Assembly: GCA_964531645.1 (NCBI GenBank)
Contig: CAZHEF010000001.1
Location: 88,054 to 152,053 of the forward strand
Length of the DNA: 64,000 nt
From: an uncultured Clostridia bacterium
GTDB taxonomy: Bacteria > Acidobacteriota > Aminicenantia > JBFLYD01 > JBBIMS01
Direction: 5' to 3'
Shown here piece after piece: positions 20,127-32,859 of the stretch; the stretch's first letter is position 1; every line of letters begins with the position of its first letter. The translations under genes were made by a program, and so were the position numbers. The notes below the pieces were generated by a model that was given only the letters and a program-made list of their open reading frames with translations, was not told where the DNA came from and did no database searches.

Positions 20127-21911
20127 TTATTCTTTATAAAGATCGTCGATTATTTCTTTGTATTTCTGGTCTATGACCCTTCTCTTTACTTTTAGAGTTG
20201 GTGTTATCTCTCCTCCTTCTATAGTGAATTCATTCTCCAGTAAAGCAATCTTCTTGATTTTCTCAAAAGGAGCAAGTCCAGGTGTCACCCTTTCAACCTC
20301 TTTAAGAATAAAATCAAGAATATCATTGTTCTTTGAAAGCTCGCTCCTTGTAGAGTAGCTTATTCCTGAGTTTTTTGCATACTCTTCCAGTTTTTCCCAG
20401 TTAGGAACAATCAAAGCGGAAACAAATTTCCTTTTATCTCCAATGCAAACAACCTGATTTACATAGGGAGATGTTTTTATCATGTTTTCAATGGGTTGAG
20501 GAGCAATGTTTTTTCCACCTGATGTAACGAGAAGTTCCTTCTTCCTATCTGTTATGTAAAGGAAACCATCTTCATCAATTCTTCCTATATCTCCTGTATG
20601 GAACCAACCATCTTTAATGACCTCTTTCGTTTCCTCTTCGTTTTTGTAGTATCCCATCATGACATTGGGACCTCTAACAAGTATCTCTCCATCCTCATCT
20701 ATCGTAACTTTAACTCCAGGAAGAAGGAGCCCGACACTTCCAAATTTCAATTTTTCCTCAGTATTTACAGAGACAACAGGCGAAGTTTCCGTCAATCCAT
20801 AACCTTCGAGAACTTTTATCCCAAATGCAAAGAAAAATTCCGCAATTTCCTTTGAGAGAGGGGCTCCCCCTGAAACAAAGAATCTTATTCTTCCTCCTGT
20901 CCTCGCCCTTATCTTTGAATATACAAGTTTATCTGCAATGCTTCTTTTAATTTTCAAAAAGAATGGAGCATTTTCTTTCTTGAGAATTTTTTCTCCATAT
21001 TCCTTTCCTACCTTTACTGCCCAGTAAAAAATCTTCTGCCTCAAAGGTGGACTCGAAAGAACATTGTCCATTATTCTTGCATATATCTTTTCAAACAATC
21101 TTGGGACACCCACAACAATGGTAGGTCTTATTTCCATTAGATTCTCTCCCACAGTGTCAATACTTTCAGCATAGGCAACACTTGCGCCGAAATAGAGATA
21201 AGCGTATGTTACCATTCTTTCAAGAACATGGGCTAAAGGTAGGAATGAGAGGGTGGTGTCCTTTTCATTTATGTCCAGGATTTCCTTTACAGCAGTGACA
21301 TTGCTAATTAAATTCCTGTGGCTCAGCATCACACCCTTTGGAACCCCTGTTGTTCCTGAGGTATAAATTATTGTCATGAGGTCATTCTCACTTCCTTCCT
21401 TCAGTTTTTTATCAAAAAGCTCAGGGAATTCTTTTTCATAATTTTTCCCCAGCTCTACTAGTTTTTTAAGGGTGATCACCTCTTCTGATGGAGGTTCATC
21501 CGCGAATGTGATGTAATACTTAACAGCTGGGAGAGAATCCTTTATCATCGCAAGTTTTTTCCACTGAATAATGTCCGAGAATATCACCATTGTTGAGTCT
21601 GAATTCTCTAAAATAAACTTTATCTGCTCAGGAACAAGGGTTGGGTAAATGGGGACAGTAACTCCTCCTGCAATTATTATGCTGATGTCAGAGAATGTCC
21701 ATTCATATCTTGTCTCCGATAAAAGGGATACTTTATCAGAATTCTTCAATCCGAGAGCAAGAAGACCCAGGGTCATATACTTAACTTTATCATATAACTC
21801 ATTTGTAGAAATGTTATGGTATTTTCCGTCCTTCTTGAACATTATGTGGTTCTCTTTGTTGAAAGAATGAGTTGAATGGTAAAAGAGGTCTTTAATGGTT
21901 TTTACTTCCAT
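20127..21911 (-). CDS. Long-chain fatty-acid--CoA ligase (AMP-dependent synthetase/ligase)
   Basis: AMP-binding 'IYTSGTTGVPKGVMLSH', 'GYGLTETS', 'TGDIG'; about 594 aa; GGAGG RBS. Confidence 0.8.
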   Translation of the reverse strand: MEVKTIKDLFYHSTHSFNKENHIMFKKDGKYHNISTNELYDKVKYMTLGLLALGLKNSDKVSLLSETRYEWTFSDISIIIAGGVTVPIYPTLVPEQIKFILENSDSTMVIFSDIIQWKKLAMIKDSLPAVKYYITFADEPPSEEVITLKKLVELGKNYEKEFPELFDKKLKEGSENDLMTIIYTSGTTGVPKGVMLSHRNLISNVTAVKEILDINEKDTTLSFLPLAHVLERMVTYAYLYFGASVAYAESIDTVGENLMEIRPTIVVGVPRLFEKIYARIMDNVLSSPPLRQKIFYWAVKVGKEYGEKILKKENAPFFLKIKRSIADKLVYSKIRARTGGRIRFFVSGGAPLSKEIAEFFFAFGIKVLEGYGLTETSPVVSVNTEEKLKFGSVGLLLPGVKVTIDEDGEILVRGPNVMMGYYKNEEETKEVIKDGWFHTGDIGRIDEDGFLYITDRKKELLVTSGGKNIAPQPIENMIKTSPYVNQVVCIGDKRKFVSALIVPNWEKLEEYAKNSGISYSTRSELSKNNDILDFILKEVERVTPGLAPFEKIKKIALLENEFTIEGGEITPTLKVKRRVIDQKYKEIIDDLYKE

Positions 21912-21949
21912 TCTTCCTCCTTTCTTATATTTTCAAATAAAATTTTATT

Positions 21950-21969
21950 AAAGGGGTGAAACCCCTTTA
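21950..21969 (-). terminator. GC-rich perfect hairpin (aaaggggtgaaacccctttaa) downstream of gyrA. Likely intrinsic terminator of the gyrB-gyrA operon; it sits in the fadD-like leader on the opposite strand.
   Basis: Inverted repeat AAAGGGG-TGAAA-CCCCTTT read directly. On the minus strand it is followed by an A/T-rich stretch. Confidence 0.5.
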
Positions 21970-22032
21970 ATTATTTATAAATCCAGAAGGACTATGAAGG
22001 AAGATTTTAGGCTTATTATTTCCGAAAGTAAA

Positions 22033-24468
22033 TTATGACTGATTGCTGATGGCTGTGAAAGATGCGACTCTGTCCCCCTCTTCAAGGGATATGAGTTTAA
22101 CTCCCTGAGCGTACCTCCCCATCGGTCTGATGGCTTCGGTCTTAATCTTGATGACCTTACCATTGTTAGTGGCAATAATTATATCATCATAATCAGAAAT
22201 AGATGTCAAGCCACAAACTTTACCTGTTTTGGCTGTCACTCTAAGATTAATTATTCCCATCCCCCCTCTCCTCTGAGCCCTGTAATCACTGACAAGGGTT
22301 TTCTTACCATAACCCCTTTCTGTTACAGTGAATAAATATTTATGATCTTCAGAGACTGACTCCATACCTATTATCTCATCGTTCCCCTTCAATCTCATAC
22401 TTTTGACACCCCTTGCACTTCTTCCCATATCCCTTACATCCTTCTCATTAAATCTAAGAACAATCCCATTGGCGGTTCCCACTATAATATCCATCTTACC
22501 ATCGGTCTTTATACAGGCGAGAAGAGAATCATCAGAATCTATACCTATTGCAGTTGTCCCTGTGGAACGAGGATTTTTAAAAGCTGAAATGTGAGTCTTT
22601 TTTATAAATCCTTTCTTTGTAATCATTAAAAGGTAAGAATCTTCTGCCTGAAGGTCTCTAACAGAAACAACGGATTTAACATTCTCATCTTCCCTCAATT
22701 TTATAAGATTGGAGATGTGCTTCCCCCTACCCGCTGTTCCAACATCAGGTATGTCTAAAACCCTCAGCCAGTAAAGTCTTCCTTTGTCAGAAAGAAGAAG
22801 TAAATAGGAATGGGAAGAGGCAATAAATATTTCTGCAACCTCATCTTCCTCTTTAACCTTCATCCCCATCTTTCCCTTCCCACCTCTTCCCTGATATCTA
22901 TAAGCAGAAAGAGGTGTTCTTTTAACATATCCCGATGAGGTGTATATAATTACATAATCCTCCTCAGGAATAGTGTCTTCAAGCCTAATCTCCTTATCCT
23001 CATGCTCAAGGATTTCTGTCCTTCTTCCATCTCCATAGGACTCTTTGAGCTTTAAAAGCTCCTCCTTTATTAAATTCATTATCAATCTTTCATCCTGAAG
23101 TATTGCCTTAAGTCTCTCTATTTCCTTTCTCAGCGATTCCTCCTCTTTTAATATTTTTTCCCTTTCGAGGTTTGTAAGTCTGCCCAGTTGCATTTCAAGG
23201 ATTGCCTGAGCTTGAATCTTAGTGAGATGGAAATTCTTCATTAAAGATTGGGATGCTTCATCTGTATTCTTTGATTTTTTTATTATTTCAACAACTCTTT
23301 CTATATTATTTATGCAAACTATTAACCCCTGAAGAATGTGAACCCTTGCTTCTGCCTTCTCCTTGTCAAAAGTTAGTCTTTTTCTTACAATTTCCTTCCT
23401 TCTTAAAAGGAAGTACTGGAGGAGCTCTGACAGAGTGAAGAGCTTTGGCTGATTGTCTGTAACAGCCAAGAAAATTATTCCAAATGTTGTCTGAAGGGAT
23501 GTGTGCTTGTAAAGATAATTCAAAATCACCTGCGGTGAAGAATCCTTTTTGAGCTCAAGGACAACCCTTATTCCATCCCTATCAGATTCATCCCTTATTT
23601 CTGAAACCCCTTCGAGTCCCTTTCCTCTCATCAGCTCTCCAATCTTTTCTAAAATTTTTGCCTTGCTGACCTGATAGGGGATCTCAGAAATTACAATATT
23701 TTCCTTGCCTGATTTTGTCTTTTCAATGAATGCTTTCGCCCTTATGGTTATAAGCCCCTTCCCTGTGCTATACGCTTCTTTAACACCCTCCTTCCCAATT
23801 ATATATGCACCTGTCGGAAAATCTGGACCCTTTATGAAATTCATCAACTCGTCAACAGTTGCTTCAGGATTATCAATAAGATAAACAAGAGCATCTATTG
23901 CCTCGCCGAAATTGTGGGGTGGAATATTTGTAGCCATTCCAACTGCAATTCCCGCTGAACCATTGATAAGGAGTCCTGGAAATCTTGCGGGAAGGAAGAG
24001 AGGTTCCTTTAAAGTATTGTCGTAGTTTGATGTAAAAGGAACTGTATTTTTTTCTAACTCTTCAAGGAGTTCCTTTGATAGTTTCTCGAGCCTTACCTCT
24101 GTGTATCTCATCGCAGCAGGAGGGTCTCCATCCACTGAACCAAAGTTACCCTGTCCATCTATCAGAGGATATCTCATTGTGAAATCCTGAGCCATCCTCA
24201 CAAGAGCATCGTAAACAGCTGCATCTCCATGGGGATGATATTTACCGATCACATCTCCAACAATCCTTGCTGACTTCTTGAAGGGTTTATCCCAAGTTGT
24301 GTTTGATTCCCACATTGCCCAGAGAATTCTTCTGTGAACAGGCTTTAGACCATCAAAGGCATCTGGCAAAGCCCTGCCAATGATTACGCTCATGGCGTAA
24401 TCGAGATAGGACCTTTTCATTTCATCTTCAAGGCTAACAGGAACAAATCTTTCAGTTCTCTCTTCCAT
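22033..24468 (-). CDS. gyrA: DNA gyrase subunit A
   Basis: N-terminus '[28 protein letters not shown]', active-site region, C-terminal beta-pinwheel repeats; 811 aa. Confidence 0.92.
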   Translation of the reverse strand: MEERTERFVPVSLEDEMKRSYLDYAMSVIIGRALPDAFDGLKPVHRRILWAMWESNTTWDKPFKKSARIVGDVIGKYHPHGDAAVYDALVRMAQDFTMRYPLIDGQGNFGSVDGDPPAAMRYTEVRLEKLSKELLEELEKNTVPFTSNYDNTLKEPLFLPARFPGLLINGSAGIAVGMATNIPPHNFGEAIDALVYLIDNPEATVDELMNFIKGPDFPTGAYIIGKEGVKEAYSTGKGLITIRAKAFIEKTKSGKENIVISEIPYQVSKAKILEKIGELMRGKGLEGVSEIRDESDRDGIRVVLELKKDSSPQVILNYLYKHTSLQTTFGIIFLAVTDNQPKLFTLSELLQYFLLRRKEIVRKRLTFDKEKAEARVHILQGLIVCINNIERVVEIIKKSKNTDEASQSLMKNFHLTKIQAQAILEMQLGRLTNLEREKILKEEESLRKEIERLKAILQDERLIMNLIKEELLKLKESYGDGRRTEILEHEDKEIRLEDTIPEEDYVIIYTSSGYVKRTPLSAYRYQGRGGKGKMGMKVKEEDEVAEIFIASSHSYLLLLSDKGRLYWLRVLDIPDVGTAGRGKHISNLIKLREDENVKSVVSVRDLQAEDSYLLMITKKGFIKKTHISAFKNPRSTGTTAIGIDSDDSLLACIKTDGKMDIIVGTANGIVLRFNEKDVRDMGRSARGVKSMRLKGNDEIIGMESVSEDHKYLFTVTERGYGKKTLVSDYRAQRRGGMGIINLRVTAKTGKVCGLTSISDYDDIIIATNNGKVIKIKTEAIRPMGRYAQGVKLISLEEGDRVASFTAISNQS

Positions 24469-24538
24469 TTTTAGTATCCTTTGTTATTTCCTTTTTCACT
24501 CGTCTCGCCCATCTCGAATTTCTCGCTTTTCTCGCTCA

Positions 24539-26983
<2,445 letters not shown>

Positions 26984-27101
26984 TTAAAATATTTTTGAAA
27001 TGAATTATTCGAAAACCTGGGCGAAAAATAATCTCTGGTTTCCATTATCTGAAGGGTAAAATATAAGAAAATTTTAAAAGAAAATTTATGGATATATAAT
27101 T

Positions 27102-28040
27102 CTACCAGATTATTATTTTCCTTGGCTCTTTTCTGTCGAGTCTTTTAAGGCCTGCCTCATTTGCAAAGTTTATTGCATCCTCAAACTCTTTATAATTTAT
27201 CCTTCTTGAAATAGAAATATGATCGAATGCTTTATAGCAGGGATAATACTGATCCATAATGTTGACATAAGTGTTTTTGGAAATCTCGTCAGCAATAAAT
27301 CTCATTGCTTCCTTTGTTCCTGCAAGACCATTGGGAAGAACAAGATGTCGAACAAGAAGACCTCTCACAGCAACCCCATCTTCATTTATAACCAGATCCC
27401 CAACCTGTCTGTGCATCTCCTTTATTGCTTTTTTAACAATCTCTGGATAATCCTCAGCAGATGAAAATTTCTTTGCTGGCTCAGGATTCATATACTTTAT
27501 ATCGGGCATGTAAATATCAAAGATTCCATCAAGGAGTTGAAGGGCTTCAACAGAATCGTATCCACTGGAGTTGTAAACGAGAGGGATATCCAGCCCCATT
27601 TTGATTGCAATTTCAAGACCTTTGAGGATCTGAGGAACCTGGTGGGTAGGGGTTACAAAATTTATATTGTGACACCCCCTTTTCTGAAGAGAGACCATCA
27701 TCCTTGCAAGCTCTTCAAAGGAGCATTCCTCCCCTTCCATAAGATGGGAAATTGTATAGTTCTGACAATAAATACAGAGAAGGTTGCACGATGTCAAAAA
27801 TATTGTTCCTGAGCCATATCTTCCAACAAGGGGGGATTCTTCCCCGAAATGAGGATGAACACTTGAGACATATGGGAGAGAGCCTACTTTACAGGTTCCT
27901 TTTTCACCTTTCAGCCTGTTCTTTTTACAATTTCTTGGACAAAGATTGCAATTCTCAAGGATTGCCCATGCTTTCTCAATCCTTTCAATTAGACTCCCTT
28001 TCTCCTGTAGGAAAATGTAGGAAGGAGTAAATCTCTTCAT
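27102..28040 (-). CDS. Radical SAM protein, PflX-like (COG1313; homolog of pyruvate-formate-lyase activating enzymes)
   Basis: 'CNLLCIYCQN' CxxxCxxC cluster plus N-terminal 'CNLCPRNC...GTC' cysteines; about 312 aa. Confidence 0.6.
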   Translation of the reverse strand: MKRFTPSYIFLQEKGSLIERIEKAWAILENCNLCPRNCKKNRLKGEKGTCKVGSLPYVSSVHPHFGEESPLVGRYGSGTIFLTSCNLLCIYCQNYTISHLMEGEECSFEELARMMVSLQKRGCHNINFVTPTHQVPQILKGLEIAIKMGLDIPLVYNSSGYDSVEALQLLDGIFDIYMPDIKYMNPEPAKKFSSAEDYPEIVKKAIKEMHRQVGDLVINEDGVAVRGLLVRHLVLPNGLAGTKEAMRFIADEISKNTYVNIMDQYYPCYKAFDHISISRRINYKEFEDAINFANEAGLKRLDRKEPRKIIIW

Positions 28041-28777
28041 ATTCCAGAGCTCAATCTGCTCGCAAGCATTTGTGGGAGGCCTGCTTCAAGGATCTTGGAT
28101 TGAGCTGTTGAAATATCGTAAGGTATTCTATGAATTGTTATAATTTTCTTTTTGGAATCATAAATAAGAAATGAAGATAAGGGATTTCCATCTCTTGGCT
28201 GACCAATTGAACCAGGGTTTATTAAGTATCGGTTCCCATCCTCTATCTTCAATCTGGATGGAAATTTACCAGGGTAAATTGTTTTTACATCATCATTTTT
28301 AAGAATGTGAATAGCAGGAAAATGAGTGTGCCCAAAAAAACATATTCTCGAATCGAAAATAGAAAAGGCTTCAAAAGCATCAAATTTGTTAAACATGTAG
28401 TAGTCTTCATCCCATGGCGAGCCATGGCATATGGTCATTTCCTCATTTATCTTTAAAGGACCCCTGTTAAGTTTTTTAATAAATTGAAGATTATCAGGTT
28501 TTATATTTTTTGAAGTCCACATAACTGCAAGAGCAGCAACAGGATTGAAGTAATCAAGACTTGTAAGTCCTGCAACAGCTTTATCATGATTTCCCCTCAC
28601 GATGTAAAGAGGTGAAATTTTCTTAATCTCCTCTATCACCTCATTAGGATTTGCTCCATATCCAACGATGTCTCCAAGAAAAATGAATTGCTCGAATTTT
28701 CTATTTTTTATGAATTCAATCATAGCCTTGAGTGCTTCGAGGTTTGAATGAACATCACTGAAAATCAAATATCTCAA
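28037..28777 (-). CDS. Metallophosphoesterase (YfcE/calcineurin-like phosphodiesterase). Non-ATG start.
   Basis: 'IFSDVHSN', 'FLGDIVGYG', 'GNHD', 'GHTH' metal-ligand motifs. Confidence 0.7.
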   Translation of the reverse strand: MRYLIFSDVHSNLEALKAMIEFIKNRKFEQFIFLGDIVGYGANPNEVIEEIKKISPLYIVRGNHDKAVAGLTSLDYFNPVAALAVMWTSKNIKPDNLQFIKKLNRGPLKINEEMTICHGSPWDEDYYMFNKFDAFEAFSIFDSRICFFGHTHFPAIHILKNDDVKTIYPGKFPSRLKIEDGNRYLINPGSIGQPRDGNPLSSFLIYDSKKKIITIHRIPYDISTAQSKILEAGLPQMLASRLSSGI

Positions 28778-29619
28778 ACCAAAATCTCCGCTTTATAAGA
28801 AGATCTTACAAGAGGACCAGAATGGACATGTTTAAAACCAAATCTCAAGGCAATCTTTTTTAATTTTTCAAACTCCTCTGGATGATAGAACCTTTCAACT
28901 GGAAGAAGGTTTTTTGAAGGGGTCAAATACTGCCCTATTGTTAGAATCTCACATCCAGTGCTGGAAATATCATAAAAGGTCTCAAAAATATCTTCGGGCT
29001 CTTCTCCTAAACCCACTATAATTCCTGATTTAGTCAAAAAACCCATATTGGAAAACCAGCTCAAAAGATTAAGTGAGGTATGATACTGTTTTGCATCTCT
29101 TCCAATTTTTCTGTATAACTTTCGCGGAACCTCAATATTATGGGATATAACATTGGGTTTGCAACCGGCAATGGTGAAAAAGGAATTCTTCCTTCCCTTG
29201 AAATCAGGAATTAAAACCTCTACTTTTGTTTTAGGAGAAAGTGTCTTTATATTTATAACTGTCTCTGCAAAGATAGAAGCACCTCCATCTTCAAGGTCAT
29301 CCCTTGTAACAGATGTTATAACAGCATAATTTAATGCAAGGGCTAAAACTGCCTTCGCTACTCTCTCAGGCTCTTCTCGAGAGGGCTGTGAGGGGACTCC
29401 TTTTTTTACTGAACAAAATCCACATGCTCTTGTGCAGACATCACCGAGTATCAAAAAGGTAGCACTTCTCGAATTCCAGCACTCAAATATATTAGGACAT
29501 CTTGCTTCTTCACAAACTGTATTTATCTTATTCTCTTTGAGAATCCTCCTTATTTCTACAAAATCTTCCTCTTCCCTTCTATTTATTTTTAGCCATTCGG
29601 GTTTTCTTTTCTCTTCCAA
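28774..29619 (-). CDS. lipA: Lipoyl synthase (TTG start)
   Basis: 'CEEARCPNIFEC' auxiliary cluster and 'CTRACGFC' radical-SAM cluster; about 281 aa. Confidence 0.85.
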   Translation of the reverse strand: MEEKRKPEWLKINRREEEDFVEIRRILKENKINTVCEEARCPNIFECWNSRSATFLILGDVCTRACGFCSVKKGVPSQPSREEPERVAKAVLALALNYAVITSVTRDDLEDGGASIFAETVINIKTLSPKTKVEVLIPDFKGRKNSFFTIAGCKPNVISHNIEVPRKLYRKIGRDAKQYHTSLNLLSWFSNMGFLTKSGIIVGLGEEPEDIFETFYDISSTGCEILTIGQYLTPSKNLLPVERFYHPEEFEKLKKIALRFGFKHVHSGPLVRSSYKAEILV

Positions 29620-29642
29620 TTATTTTAAATGCTCCTCTCAGA

Positions 29643-29846
29643 TCAAAGTTCCATCTGTTCTCTCTTCATCCTTCTTCTCATTCTCTTTAGAGCCATTGCC
29701 TCCTTCATCCTTTTCCTCTCGCCCGGCTTCAGATAAACACTGTGTTTCTTAATCTCTTTGATAATGGCTTCCTGCTGAACCTTTCTCTTGAATCTCTTTA
29801 ACGCGCTCTCAAAACTTTCACCATCTTGAATTATTACATGAGCCAA
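29643..29846 (-). CDS. rpsU: 30S ribosomal protein S21 (TTG start)
   Basis: 'ESFESALKRFKRKVQQEAIIKEIKKHSVYLKPGERKRMKEAMALKRMRRR'; 67 aa; basic C-terminus. Confidence 0.85.
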   Translation of the reverse strand: MAHVIIQDGESFESALKRFKRKVQQEAIIKEIKKHSVYLKPGERKRMKEAMALKRMRRRMKREQMEL

Positions 29847-30501
29847 CTCTTTTCACCTCCTTTCTGACTAATTTTGAAAGCTTTCCCAGCTTTAAATTAA
29901 AAAGAATCATTTATTATTCTATTAAGAAAGAAAAAAGATGTCAATCTCTGTAAGAAGCAAAATGATAAAGTCCTCTTTGAGCAAATAAAATGTCCTCTTT
30001 TGCTAAAATTAGATGCAACGGAGGACAGAAGGGAAGAGGAGATTGCCAAAATGAGGGAGAGAGAATTAAAGCATTTGGAAGTGATTTGAAAAGTTTTAGA
30101 GAAAAGAATGTCTCGAAAAGAGGCACCCTCGCTCCTTTCTCTTTTCTGAAGGCAGATAAGAAGACTCTGTAAGAGGATAAAGATTCACTGTGAGATTGCT
30201 ATAGTTCACGGTCACAGAGGTAGACCCTAAAAGAGGAAATTTCTGAGGAATTTAAAGAGATGGTTATAGAGGTTGTAAAAGACAGGTATTATAACTTTGA
30301 CCCAAAACTTGCCTCAGAAAGTGGATGATCGAAGAGCAAATATGGATACCGAAAAAACTGAGGCTAAAAGAAAGAATCCATAAATGAAGGAAGAGGAAGG
30401 AATGTTTTGGGGAGATGGAAATTCTAATTTGGAAGAGTTTAATTCTTTGATATAATAAAAAAGATGAAGAATTTTCTTTTTGGAAAGAATTGGAGGTAAA
30501 A

Positions 30502-30684
30502 ATGTTCAGAACTTTAGGTCTTCCTGAAATCCTTATTATTCTTCTGATAGTCCTCCTCCTCTTTGGAGCTAAGAGACTCCCTGAGATTGGAAGAGGTCTT
30601 GGAGAGGGGATAAAGAGTTTCAAGAAAGCCCTTTCCGGTAAAGAAGAGAAAGAGGAAAAATCTGATCAGATATTGAAGAATTAA
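30502..30684 (+). CDS. tatA: Sec-independent protein translocase TatA/E (ATG at 30502, with a GGAGG RBS)
   Basis: '[43 protein letters not shown]', the classic TatA TM helix plus amphipathic helix. Confidence 0.85.
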   Translation: MFRTLGLPEILIILLIVLLLFGAKRLPEIGRGLGEGIKSFKKALSGKEEKEEKSDQILKN

Positions 30685-31859
30685 TGGATCCTTTAATTTT
30701 AAAAAAGCTGGCAGAAGAACGGGAGATAGAAGAGGGTAAATTTAAATCCCATCTTGAGAAAATAGATAGATTCTTGTTAGACTTCAGAATTAATTCTGAA
30801 AATGTTTTAAATTCATTGAGAAGATTGAAGGAGGAGATTGAGTCGAAAAAAAAGAATGAATCCCAGTTTTTTCTCCCTCTTATCAATGGATTGGAGAAAA
30901 TTTATGAAAATCAGAAAATCTTTTCCGATCTTGTTCAGGAAACACTACACTCCATTCTTTCAATGGTTGATGCAAAGGAGAGGGAATGGGATGCGCTTGG
31001 ATCAAACCATGTTGGAATTCTTTTTGATTCCCTCAACTGGAAAATAGAAAATCTTAAAATTCAGAAGGAAAAAATTGAAGGTGCACTTCAGACATTTTTA
31101 AGCATAAAGAAAGAAATAGAGGAGTTCTCAACCCTTCTTAAGGCAAAAGAGAAGCCATCCCTTGAAGAGATAGAAAAATTTGAAAAAAGATTTGAAGATA
31201 TTGGATATAGATTTTTCGAGGCAGGTTTCAGGGGGTGGGAAGAGGATATAAAGGAGAGACAGAAAGTCTATATTGATTATTTTAAAGGGCTGGAAAATGT
31301 CCTTGATTTTGGTTGTGGCAGAGGGGGATTTTTAGAGCTGTTGAGGGAGAATAAAATTGATGGTTATGGGATCGAAATAAATGATGAAATGGTTAGAATT
31401 TGCAGGGAGAAGGGTCTCAAATGCATAAATGAGGATATACTCCTCCATCTCTCATCTTTGAATGACGAGGCTCTCGGGGGATTCTTCTCCTCCCAAGTTG
31501 TTGAGCACCTTGAACCTGTCCTTTTAAGAAAAATTTTCGATATTCTTTATTTCAAGCTTAAAAAAGGTTCTTTTGCTATCATAGAAACAGTTAACCCAAC
31601 TTCTCTTTACACCCTCTCAGATGTTTTCTGGAGAGATCCAACCCATAAAAATCCCGTCCATCCTGAAACTTTAAAATTCCTTATGGAGACATCTGGTTTC
31701 AGAGTTGATGAAATAAAGTATCTCTCCCCGACAAAAGAAGATTTGAAAGATATTCCTGAAGATACTGATGTCATGAGAAGAATCTCTTACAATTTTAAAC
31801 TTCTCGAGAAAATTATCTTTGGATTTCAGGATTACGCAATTATCGCAAGAAAACCATGA
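30684..31859 (+). CDS. Class I SAM-dependent methyltransferase with an N-terminal coiled-coil domain of about 190 aa and unknown function. ATG overlaps the tatA stop (TAATG).
   Basis: Motif I 'VLDFGCGRGGF', post-I acidic residue, 'FFSSQVVEHL'. The N-terminal half is heptad-rich. Confidence 0.6.
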   Translation: MDPLILKKLAEEREIEEGKFKSHLEKIDRFLLDFRINSENVLNSLRRLKEEIESKKKNESQFFLPLINGLEKIYENQKIFSDLVQETLHSILSMVDAKEREWDALGSNHVGILFDSLNWKIENLKIQKEKIEGALQTFLSIKKEIEEFSTLLKAKEKPSLEEIEKFEKRFEDIGYRFFEAGFRGWEEDIKERQKVYIDYFKGLENVLDFGCGRGGFLELLRENKIDGYGIEINDEMVRICREKGLKCINEDILLHLSSLNDEALGGFFSSQVVEHLEPVLLRKIFDILYFKLKKGSFAIIETVNPTSLYTLSDVFWRDPTHKNPVHPETLKFLMETSGFRVDEIKYLSPTKEDLKDIPEDTDVMRRISYNFKLLEKIIFGFQDYAIIARKP

Positions 31860-32761
31860 GCTGGATAGGATTTGATATTGGTGGAACTGCCATAAAATCA
31901 TGTATTCTTGATGAAGAAGAAAATATTAAAAAGGAAATAAGTGAACCGACCCCGAAGGATGCAAACTCTCTCAAAAATAAGATTTCTGAAATTTTCAAGA
32001 AATTCTCGTCCATTGAGAAGATATCTGGTACTGGAATAGGTATAGCAGGTTTCATAGATATGAAGGAATGGATATTGAGAAGATCTCCAAATATGAGATT
32101 TCTTGATGGTGTAAATCTTATTGATTTTTTCAGAGAGGCAATGGATGTCCCATTTACAGTAGATAACGATGCCAACATGGCAGCATGGGGTGAATTCAAA
32201 AAAGGAGTAGGTGTTGGAGTCAAAAATATGATCCATATTACCCTTGGGACAGGTATCGGCTCAGGTATAGTGATTAATGGAAATTTATTCCATGGCTCAT
32301 CAGGACTTGGAGCAGAGTTTGGTCACACAGTTGTTAATCCCGATGGCCTTCCATGTAATTGTGGAGGAAAAGGTTGTGTGGAGACAGAGGCTTCTGCCTC
32401 AAAAATAGTAAAGAATTATCTTGAACTTTCAGGTAAAGGGGATAACTTAACATCTGAGGATGTATATTATCTTGCAAAGAATGGAGATTCTTTTGCTGTA
32501 GAAGCTTTCAGGCTTGCGGGATACTATCTTGGAATAGGACTTTCCAATTTAATAAATCTACTAAATCCTGAGCTCATAGTCATCGGTGGTGGAGTATCAG
32601 AAGCAGGAGAATTTATTATGAAGCCTGTTATGGAAGAAATTAAAAAAAGGGCAATAAAATTTTCCTTTGATAAAGTGAAGATTGTTTATGCTCAACTTGG
32701 GAATAAAGCGGGAATGCTGGGAGCAGGGCTCTGGGGAATTGAGAATATATTGAAGAAATAA
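31856..32761 (+). CDS. ROK family sugar kinase (glucokinase-like). ATGA overlap with the upstream gene.
   Basis: 'IGFDIGGTAIK', zinc motif 'CNCGGKGCVE', 'GHTVV'. Confidence 0.75.
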   Translation: MSWIGFDIGGTAIKSCILDEEENIKKEISEPTPKDANSLKNKISEIFKKFSSIEKISGTGIGIAGFIDMKEWILRRSPNMRFLDGVNLIDFFREAMDVPFTVDNDANMAAWGEFKKGVGVGVKNMIHITLGTGIGSGIVINGNLFHGSSGLGAEFGHTVVNPDGLPCNCGGKGCVETEASASKIVKNYLELSGKGDNLTSEDVYYLAKNGDSFAVEAFRLAGYYLGIGLSNLINLLNPELIVIGGGVSEAGEFIMKPVMEEIKKRAIKFSFDKVKIVYAQLGNKAGMLGAGLWGIENILKK

Positions 32762-32859
32762 AAAACCAGAGCAGCATACAAACCAAGGACTCACAGCTTT
32801 AATGGAAAGTGGCTAATTAATTTTGACTTTTAAAGGTTTATTCTGTAATCTTTTCTAAT

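Noticed and set aside
29941-30623. Short ORFs (60-119 aa) on both strands in the rpsU-tatA gap, one overlapping tatA antisense
   Set aside because: Mutually overlapping, Pro/Ser/Arg-rich low-complexity translations, with no RBS or recognisable motifs. The region is treated as non-coding and flagged as a finding instead.
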